Shown here in pieces: positions 57,098 to 64,000 of a stretch of 64,000 bases of DNA. Position 1 is the stretch's first letter. Each line of letters starts with the position of its first letter. The DNA is from an uncultured Lachnospiraceae bacterium (GTDB lineage: Bacteria > Bacillota > Clostridia > Lachnospirales > Lachnospiraceae), in NCBI GenBank assembly GCA_947089585.1, contig CAMULB010000001.1, forward strand, positions 440-64,439. Direction: 5' to 3'. The translations under genes and the position numbers were made by a program. The notes below the pieces were generated by a model. The model was not told the DNA's origin and ran no database searches. It worked only from the letters and a program-made list of their open reading frames with translations.

Positions 57098-57772
57098 TTA
57101 CTCCTTCATGGAATAACCTACGTTGCGCACGGTTTTGATCGCGCCGCCGGCCTCCCCCAGCTTCTGCCGGAGTGTTTTGATATGCATATCGACCGTTCGG
57201 CTTTCTCCTTGATATTCAAAACCCCATACCTGATCCATTATCTGATCGCGTGTCAGCACGATTCCCCGGTTCAAAAGCAGCATTTTCAATAGTTCAAATT
57301 CCTTGTAGGTCAATTCGCATACCGCCTGATCTACCGAAACAATGCGCTTTTTACTGTCCAATGCAATACGTCCATTGGTCAATATCGTCTCCTCTTCAAC
57401 CTCTTTGGTGCGGCGCAGCAAAGCTTTTACCCTGGAGATAAGTTCCATTATACCAAAGGGCTTGGTCATATAATCGTCCGCTCCCAAATCCAGCCCTTTT
57501 ACCTTATCCATCTCCAAGGCTTTAGCCGTAACCATAATCACCGGAATGGAACGGGTGGCAGGATCGTGCCGAAGCATTTTCAAAACAGACAGCCCGTCCT
57601 CTCCGGGAAGCATGATATCCAACAAAATCAGATTCGGAATCTGCTGCTCCAATGCCTGACACAGCTGTTCTTTACAGCTGAATTCTTCTGTTTCAAATCC
57701 GCTGTTTTTGAGTGCATAACGCTGTATTTCCCGGATATTCACATCATCTTCTACAATATAGATCAAAGGCAT
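57098..57772 (-). CDS. OmpR/PhoB-family response regulator
   Basis: Receiver domain (IYIVEDD...LLDIMLPGEDG...TAK) plus a winged-helix domain (RTVDMHIKTLRQKL). Confidence 0.9.
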   Translation of the reverse strand: MPLIYIVEDDVNIREIQRYALKNSGFETEEFSCKEQLCQALEQQIPNLILLDIMLPGEDGLSVLKMLRHDPATRSIPVIMVTAKALEMDKVKGLDLGADDYMTKPFGIMELISRVKALLRRTKEVEEETILTNGRIALDSKKRIVSVDQAVCELTYKEFELLKMLLLNRGIVLTRDQIMDQVWGFEYQGESRTVDMHIKTLRQKLGEAGGAIKTVRNVGYSMKE

Positions 57773-57798
57773 CTTTTTCTCCTATTCTCCATGAAGCA

Positions 57799-59568
57799 TC
57801 AGGGCAAGATATATTGGTGCCGATACTGCTCTAACATACGGTCAAACCGCTTCTTGGATTCGTTCTTCAATTGATTCATATATTCATGTGCCTCAAAGCT
57901 GCTGTCCTCAATCTGAATGAGATAAACCGCCAGATTCGAGCAATGATCGGATACTCTCTCATAGTTGGTTGCAAGATCCGAAAGCAAAAGTCCCAGCTCA
58001 ATCGTACACTTTCCATTTTTCAGACGCTTAATATGGCGCTTTTTCACATCTTTATTTAACTCATCCACCACTTCTTCCAACGGCTCCACGCTCAATGCCA
58101 GCTGATGGTCCTGGTTGATAAACGATTCAATAGAACGATTTAAAATTTCTTCCACCGCGCCGCCGTATATGCGAAGCTCCTTTTTCGCCTTGTCGGAAAA
58201 TTGAAGATTCTTCCTGTGCAATTCCTGGGCGAGTTCCATCGTATTGACCGCATGATCGGCAATTCGCTCCAGATCTCCAATTCCATGCAGCAGCGTGGAA
58301 ACATGCTGGCTCTCTGCATAATTCAAATCCCGGCTGTTGAGCTGCACCAGATATGCGCTCAATTTGTCGTCATATTTATCCACCAGATTTTCCATTTTCT
58401 CGACCTGCGCCGCCGCCTGGTCAGAGTAATTTTCAAATAATTGCATGGATGCAACCATTGCTTCGCGCGAAATCCTTGCCATTTTATAGGTCAAGCTGCG
58501 GCATTGTTCAATTGCAAATCCCGGTGTTGCCAAAAAACGACTGTCCAGCAGAACGAATTCATCCTGTTCTGACTGTGCTTCCCGTTCTTCTTCTGTAACC
58601 GGCAGAGTGAGATAAGCCAGCTTTTCCAACAATTTTGTAAATGGAAGCAGTACGATTGTGGCAAAAATATTAAAAATGCTGTGCACCAAGGCAATACCTG
58701 CCACTCCGACCTGCTGATCTACAAATGAAAAATCAAACAATGCGTTTAAAATATAATATAGAATCAAAAACACAAATGCACCGATGATGTTAAAATACAG
58801 ATGCACAAATGCCGTCCGCTTTGCGCCCTGGTTTGCACCCACAGAAGAGACCATAGCCGTTACACAAGTACCGATATTTTGGCCCATAATAATCGGAATC
58901 ACAGAGCCAAAGGTAAAAGCGCCTGTCACGGACAACGCCTGCAAAATACCGACAGAGGCTGAAGAACTCTGAATCACCGCCGTCAGCAGCGCGCCGACAA
59001 GAACGCCGAGAATTGGATTGGAAAATTTCGTCAGAATTCCGGTAAACTCAGGTACATCGGCCAAGGGCTTTACGGCTGCACTCATGGCGTCCATTCCAAA
59101 CATCAGCACTGCAAAGCCAAGAAAAATACTGCCAATATCTTTTTTCCGGTCTTCCTTCCCACTCATCAGAAAAATAATACCGATCAAAGCCAAAATTGGG
59201 GAGAAGGAAGTTGGCTTCAACATACGAATGAAAAAATTATCTCCTTCCAATCCAGAAAGACTCAGAATCCAGGATGTAATTGTGGTTCCGACATTGGCGC
59301 CCATAATAATGCCAATTGCCTGCGACAGCTTCATAATGCCGGAATTGACAAAGCCCACCAGCATCACAGTTGTTGCTGAAGAAGATTGAATTACAGCTGT
59401 TACCCCTGCGCCCAGCAGCACCGCTTTCAACGGATTGGAAGTTAGCTTTTCCAAAATTCGCTCCAGCTTTCCTCCGCTCAAACGCTCCAATCCCCCGCCC
59501 ATCACATTCATACCATATAAAAAAAGTGACAGTCCTCCGATCAGGGACAGCAAACCAAAAAGATCCAT
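57799..59568 (-). CDS. Na/Pi cotransporter family protein with C-terminal PhoU-like domain
   Basis: Duplicated QSSSAT/QSSSAS motifs and a PhoU-like helical C-terminus. The start MDLFGLL at 59568 lies 8 nt after AGGAGG. Confidence 0.85.
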   Translation of the reverse strand: MDLFGLLSLIGGLSLFLYGMNVMGGGLERLSGGKLERILEKLTSNPLKAVLLGAGVTAVIQSSSATTVMLVGFVNSGIMKLSQAIGIIMGANVGTTITSWILSLSGLEGDNFFIRMLKPTSFSPILALIGIIFLMSGKEDRKKDIGSIFLGFAVLMFGMDAMSAAVKPLADVPEFTGILTKFSNPILGVLVGALLTAVIQSSSASVGILQALSVTGAFTFGSVIPIIMGQNIGTCVTAMVSSVGANQGAKRTAFVHLYFNIIGAFVFLILYYILNALFDFSFVDQQVGVAGIALVHSIFNIFATIVLLPFTKLLEKLAYLTLPVTEEEREAQSEQDEFVLLDSRFLATPGFAIEQCRSLTYKMARISREAMVASMQLFENYSDQAAAQVEKMENLVDKYDDKLSAYLVQLNSRDLNYAESQHVSTLLHGIGDLERIADHAVNTMELAQELHRKNLQFSDKAKKELRIYGGAVEEILNRSIESFINQDHQLALSVEPLEEVVDELNKDVKKRHIKRLKNGKCTIELGLLLSDLATNYERVSDHCSNLAVYLIQIEDSSFEAHEYMNQLKNESKKRFDRMLEQYRHQYILP

Positions 59569-59680
59569 GCTCATTACCTCCTTGCATTTCAATAGTGTTA
59601 TAGTATACCCAATAAGTAAAGTCAATAGCTATTTTGAGTAAAATCTGTGTAAAATAATAAAAAAGCGAACGATCTTAAGA

Positions 59681-59709
59681 TTGTCACACTTTTTTTCAAA
59701 TGATATACT
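59681..59709 (+). promoter_or_regulatory. Promoter of the molybdoenzyme gene
   Basis: TTGTCA, a 17-nt spacer ending in TGa, then TATACT. Confidence 0.55.
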
Positions 59710-59771
59710 GGTCTTATGTGCTTTTCAAAACCACAGACCATTATCCTTCAACACGATCAGGAGAAAAAAGA

Positions 59772-62291
59772 ATGAATCATATTTCCTATCAACTATTAGA
59801 CGAAGCCAATCTCAAAGAAATATTTGGCTGCGACGAATATGGAATGATTACCGTACCCACGGCTTCCCACAACAATTGCGGAAGCCGCTGCGTGATCAAG
59901 CTGCATATTCAGAATGGAAAAATCAGCGGTTTATCCACAGACTGCGGTACAGACAGCCAGGAAAATCCACAAATCCGCTCCTGTGTCAAGGGGCACTCCT
60001 ATCTGGATACTTTTTTAAGCCCGGAACGGATTTTATATCCGATGAAGCGCGTTGGAAAACGGGGAGAGGGCAGATTTACGCGCATTTCCTGGGTCGAAGC
60101 CATTCAGACGATTGCCAGGGAAATGACACGAATCAAAGAGACATACGGGCCGCAGGCACGCTACTGCAATTACGCAACCGGATATGAAATGTGTGCTGCT
60201 TCTCCTTCCGTGATGATTCGCCGGCTGTTAGCGTTGGACGGCGGATATTTGGGCTATTACAATAATTATAGCTGTTCTCCTTCCATGACATCTGCCAATC
60301 TTATGTATGGTACGATTTTTACTGGAAACAGCCGGAACGATTATGTGAATTCCAAGTTAATCCTTTTATGGGGCTTTAATCCGGCGGAAACCTGCGGCGG
60401 AGGAAATACCATGTACTGTCTCTTACAGGCCAAACGAGCAGGCGCAAAAATCATTGTCATTGATTCCCGCTTTTCCGATACGGCCGCCGCTCTGGCTGAC
60501 CAGTGGATTGCGCCAAAACCGACAACGGACAATGCTTTGTCCGATGCCATGGCTTATGTGATCTACCACAAGCGGCTGCACAATGCTGATTTCTTGCATA
60601 CCTATTGTCTTGGCTTTGATTCCTCCACGATGCCAAACGATATACCCGCCGGAGAATCCTATCTCGATTATCTACTGGGAACCAAAGACCAGATTGCAAA
60701 GACACCTGACTGGGCATACCAGATTACAGGCATCCGTGCAGAAGTAATCGAAGCTCTGGCCATTGAATATGCATCCGCCAAGCCGGCTGCCATCTTAGAG
60801 GGATATGGGCCGGGCCGTCATGCTTACGGCGAGCAATTTTCCCGCGGTCTGATTACTCTTGCATGTATGACCGGCAACGTCGGAATTCCAGGCGGCTCGG
60901 CAGCCGGACTGGGAATGGTTGCAAACGGCGTGAATTTTCTCCCGGAAAAGCCCGCGCTCATTCCAAACCCTTATCCTGGAAAAATCCCCTGTTTTTTGTG
61001 GACCGATGTCATCGACCGGGCCGAATATTTTACCCCCGAACAGGGTCTGCGCCAAGTCAATCGTCTCACCAGCGATATCAAAATGATTTTCAATCTGGCC
61101 GGAAACTGCCTGATCAATCAGCATGGCAATTGCGGACATACCGCCGACTTGCTGTCGGATACCTCCAAGGTGGAAATGATTGTCTGCAGCGATCTGTTTC
61201 TCACGCCCAGTGCACGCTACGCCGATCTCCTGCTGCCTGGAACCTCCATGCTGGAGACAGAAAATATAACTGCTTCCCCCGCTCGTTTTGACGAATTTTT
61301 CAAAATCAATCCGGTCATTCAACCAGTCGGAGAAGCGCGCTTTGATTATGATTGGATTTGTGACGTCGCCGAAGAAATCGGCCTGAAAGAAGTTTTTTCA
61401 GAGCATAAAACGCTGCACGACTGGCTCGCAGAGTGTGCGGCAGATCTCAAAAATCAACTGCCGGATTTTCCAGATTTTGATACTTTTACGAAAACAGGCG
61501 TGTACAAACGGAATCCGACCTCACATTCTGTCGCATTTTATGAACAAATCAAAGATCCGCAGCATGTACCGTTCCCCACGCCTTCAGGAAAAATCGAACT
61601 ATTTGTTCGTTCTCTTTATGAACAAAACAACCGGAAGCTAAATCCCCTGCCCGGCTATATGCCCGCCTGGGAAGGGCCTTCTGACCCTCTCATCCATACC
61701 TACCCCCTGCAATGCATCGGCTTCCACACAAAAGTCCGCACGCATTCCGTCCACGACAACAACAAAACCTTGCAGTCCCTTGAACCGCAGAGAATCTGGA
61801 TCAACCCTCTGGACGCAGACGCGCGCGGCATTACGCATGGCGACCTGGTGCAGGTGTTTAACAGCCGCGGTACGATCTGCCTTGCGGCAAAAGTAACCGA
61901 ACGAATCCGTCCCGGCGTCACCGCTATCCCACAAGGCGCATGGTATACACCAGATCAAAACAACATCGACCGCCGCGGCTGTATCAATACATTGACGTCC
62001 TTAAGGCCCACTCCGATTGCCAAGGCAAATGCACAGCATACGAATCTGGTAGAAGTAAAAAAAGCAGACAGCAGCTGCATTTTTTCTCACAAAAGATCGT
62101 CCTTTTACGACTACACCGACAGTTCATGCAGTGGGTGCTTAGCCTGCGTCGCCGCCTGCCCGCATGGCAGAATGAAAGTACTGGAAAAGCAGACCAACGA
62201 CGCACAGCATCCCGTCTTTTATCAGCCGGTTTCCTGCGGCCAGTGTCAGTCTTTGGCCTGCAAAGCAGCCTGTCCGCTGCGAATTTTATAA
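59772..62291 (+). CDS. Molybdopterin (DMSO reductase family) oxidoreductase fused to a C-terminal 2x[4Fe-4S] ferredoxin-like domain; no Tat signal
   Basis: N-terminal HNNCGSRC...C cluster motif, MopB body and a C-terminal beta-barrel (GDLVQVFNSRG). Then CSGCLACVAACP and CGQCQSLACKAACP. The start MNHISYQ has an AGGAGA RBS. Confidence 0.8.
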   Translation: MNHISYQLLDEANLKEIFGCDEYGMITVPTASHNNCGSRCVIKLHIQNGKISGLSTDCGTDSQENPQIRSCVKGHSYLDTFLSPERILYPMKRVGKRGEGRFTRISWVEAIQTIAREMTRIKETYGPQARYCNYATGYEMCAASPSVMIRRLLALDGGYLGYYNNYSCSPSMTSANLMYGTIFTGNSRNDYVNSKLILLWGFNPAETCGGGNTMYCLLQAKRAGAKIIVIDSRFSDTAAALADQWIAPKPTTDNALSDAMAYVIYHKRLHNADFLHTYCLGFDSSTMPNDIPAGESYLDYLLGTKDQIAKTPDWAYQITGIRAEVIEALAIEYASAKPAAILEGYGPGRHAYGEQFSRGLITLACMTGNVGIPGGSAAGLGMVANGVNFLPEKPALIPNPYPGKIPCFLWTDVIDRAEYFTPEQGLRQVNRLTSDIKMIFNLAGNCLINQHGNCGHTADLLSDTSKVEMIVCSDLFLTPSARYADLLLPGTSMLETENITASPARFDEFFKINPVIQPVGEARFDYDWICDVAEEIGLKEVFSEHKTLHDWLAECAADLKNQLPDFPDFDTFTKTGVYKRNPTSHSVAFYEQIKDPQHVPFPTPSGKIELFVRSLYEQNNRKLNPLPGYMPAWEGPSDPLIHTYPLQCIGFHTKVRTHSVHDNNKTLQSLEPQRIWINPLDADARGITHGDLVQVFNSRGTICLAAKVTERIRPGVTAIPQGAWYTPDQNNIDRRGCINTLTSLRPTPIAKANAQHTNLVEVKKADSSCIFSHKRSSFYDYTDSSCSGCLACVAACPHGRMKVLEKQTNDAQHPVFYQPVSCGQCQSLACKAACPLRIL

Positions 62292-62387
62292 TTGTTCCAT
62301 TGCCGGACATAGCTTAAGCATTTTGCAAACAGACCATACTCCGGCAATACCTGAACCTTTTGCAAATGGTCCATGAGCTGATAACAC

Positions 62388-63560
62388 TTACGTATTTTGT
62401 GAGTGACCTGATTTTTCTTCTGCCAGACGATGATTTACCCATTCGCGCAATAAGCTGTAGAACACCGATACCAACGGAATAAAAATAATCATTCCCGCAA
62501 TTCCCATCAGGCTCCCACCCACCATAGATGCAAGCAATACCCAAATAGACGGAAGTCCTACGGAATTTCCTACTACATGCGGATAAATCAGATTTCCCTC
62601 GATCTGTTGCAAAATCAAAAACAAAACAATAAATGCCAGCGCCTGCATGGGATTGACAATCAAAATTAAAAATCCCCCGATCAAGCAGCCAATGAAAGCG
62701 CCTACAATCGGAATCAAAGCCGTAACCGAAATCACGATTCCCACCAACAATGCATATGGAAAGCGGAAAATACTCATACTGACAAAAAACATCGTTCCGA
62801 GGATCAGCGCTTCCACGCACTGACCCGTAATAAATTTGGAAAACGTCGTGTGCGACAAGCTGCATACATGAAGGATTTTCTCAAACATAGTTTTCTTGAA
62901 CATGGCTTTTGCCAGCTTTGTAAAGGAGCGAGACAGTTTTTCCTTTTGTGTCAATACATAGATCGAAAAAACAAACGCAATAAAGAAATTGACCGCCGAA
63001 TTGACCACCGTCACAGTTGTGTTCAGCGTATAAGAAAGCACGCTCCCCGCCCCGCTGACAGCAAAATCCTTGATCATGCCCAGCCATTTTTCCAAATCCA
63101 ACGTGTCAAGACGAATAGAGCCGATTAGATCGACAATTTCCTTTCTGCCGGAAAATACATTTTCCAGCCAAAGCTGCGCTTCTGGCAGAAATGTTTTCAT
63201 CGCTTCGGCGATGCTGGCAAAGGTAGTAACCAATTGCGGAACCACGACGCCCACCACCAGCGCAAGCACTCCGACCAGACACAATAGTGTCAGCACCAAG
63301 CTGACCGGTCTGGCAGCTTTTTGCAGCTTCTGTCCGTTTTGTTGATTTTTTCGCTCTAAAAACAGCTTGCGTTCAAAGAAACGCATGGGAATATTGAGAC
63401 AGAACGCGATCGCTCCGCCCAAAATGAATGGATAAAAGACCCCAAAAATAAAACCCAGCCATTTCAAAAATGCAGAAAAATTAATCAGCAGCGCACAGAG
63501 AACGACTGTAAAAGTAATCAGTGCAAGAATTTTTTTCATATTGTGTTTATTTAATTCCAT
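62388..63560 (-). CDS. AI-2E (PerM/YhhT) family transporter
   Basis: 390 aa, about 8 TM segments, with the typical LIPIVGAFIG and QQIEGNLIYPHVVG motifs. Confidence 0.85.
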   Translation of the reverse strand: MELNKHNMKKILALITFTVVLCALLINFSAFLKWLGFIFGVFYPFILGGAIAFCLNIPMRFFERKLFLERKNQQNGQKLQKAARPVSLVLTLLCLVGVLALVVGVVVPQLVTTFASIAEAMKTFLPEAQLWLENVFSGRKEIVDLIGSIRLDTLDLEKWLGMIKDFAVSGAGSVLSYTLNTTVTVVNSAVNFFIAFVFSIYVLTQKEKLSRSFTKLAKAMFKKTMFEKILHVCSLSHTTFSKFITGQCVEALILGTMFFVSMSIFRFPYALLVGIVISVTALIPIVGAFIGCLIGGFLILIVNPMQALAFIVLFLILQQIEGNLIYPHVVGNSVGLPSIWVLLASMVGGSLMGIAGMIIFIPLVSVFYSLLREWVNHRLAEEKSGHSQNT

Positions 63561-63694
63561 TAGCAGCTTCTCCTTGACCTATTTTTGCTCCATTATACCG
63601 TTTTTCTTTGATTATTGCAAAGAAAATATTACATGAAAAAATGATTACTCTCAACGCAGGAAATGTGCCTGAAAACATATTTTTGAAAAATCTC

Positions 63695-63723
63695 TTGACA
63701 AGAATGAAATGGGTGCATATAAT
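63695..63723 (+). promoter_or_regulatory. Consensus sigma-A promoter
   Basis: TTGACA, a 17-nt spacer, then TATAAT. Confidence 0.7.
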
Positions 63724-63744
63724 GTGGATAATTTCATAAACCAA

Positions 63745-64000
63745 AAGCAACGAAGGGAACAAGTAGCTGCAGGTGAATGGTACAGAAAGCAACCGGTTGA
63801 TGAGAGGTGCACCTAAGACACCTGCATATGATCTTAAGACAATTCCCATCGTGATCACAGTGACAAGCTGTGTTCGCATGAAGTGCTATTTACTTGATGA
63901 TTCATGCCTTGTAAGATTAGCAAATAAGAATCCGAGTATCAAAGCGTGTCTTATCGTTCATTTTGTGAATACATCCCGGAGCTTCACACCGAAACTGACA
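63745..64000 (+). promoter_or_regulatory. T-box riboswitch leader, 5' part (Stem I); 3' part beyond window
   Basis: Basal helix ACGAaGGGAA / TTCCCaTCGT, AGTA on the 5' side of an internal loop, and helix TGCAGGTG / CACCTGCA. An AGAAAGC bulge and a GGTTGATGAGAGG distal region follow. The T-box/antiterminator sequence is not within the window. Confidence 0.5.

Noticed and set aside
59710-59771. Molybdenum-cofactor riboswitch upstream of the molybdoenzyme gene.
   Set aside because: The leader from the predicted promoter is only about 60 nt, with one small hairpin. This is too short for the Moco RNA motif.
62314-62865. 183-aa minus-strand ORF overlapping the 3' part of the AI-2E transporter gene in another frame.
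   Set aside because: The overlapping 390-aa frame has clear AI-2E transporter motifs across the region. The alternative frame has no features.

Overview
Chromosomal window from a spore-forming Firmicute, probably a gut Clostridia/Lachnospiraceae-like organism. This is inferred from spoIID, class B sortase, Cheo-type LexA boxes, a T-box leader and AGGAGG-type RBSs. Most genes are on the minus strand. In order: (1) 1-9.9 kb, a tightly coupled surface-glycan operon (DegT aminotransferase, PglC-like sugar-phosphate transferase, NeuD/PglD-like acyltransferase) joined to an acyl-handling module (ACP, AMP-ligase, thioesterase, LuxE, LuxC, SDR, split transketolase). (2) An SF2 helicase with repeated helicase-associated (HA) domains, preceded by a 333-bp segment bracketed by a perfect 22-bp inverted repeat and carrying an outward-facing consensus promoter (candidate OFF-state inverton). 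(3) Housekeeping genes: murF-ddl, glpP, MATE, cbiK, trkAH, DegV, two XRE regulators, hpf. (4) A surface-protein operon: a 2448-aa Ig-repeat protein, sortase B, and an LRR protein with a TPKTG sorting signal. (5) An AT-rich islet holding 3 full and 1 partial copies of a ~125-nt two-hairpin element around a truncated Rpn-family transposase remnant. (6) DEAD-box helicase, spoIID/M23, and a Ham1 NTPase divergent from a LexA-box-controlled radical-SAM/TIGR03915-type pair. (7) rsmA-tatD-metG, a Pho-like Na/Pi-RR-HK cluster with a palindromic insertion, a cytoplasmic molybdoenzyme-ferredoxin fusion, an AI-2E transporter and a partial T-box leader. I saw no rRNA, tRNA or CRISPR array. All protein family calls come from motif recognition by eye; no database search was run.
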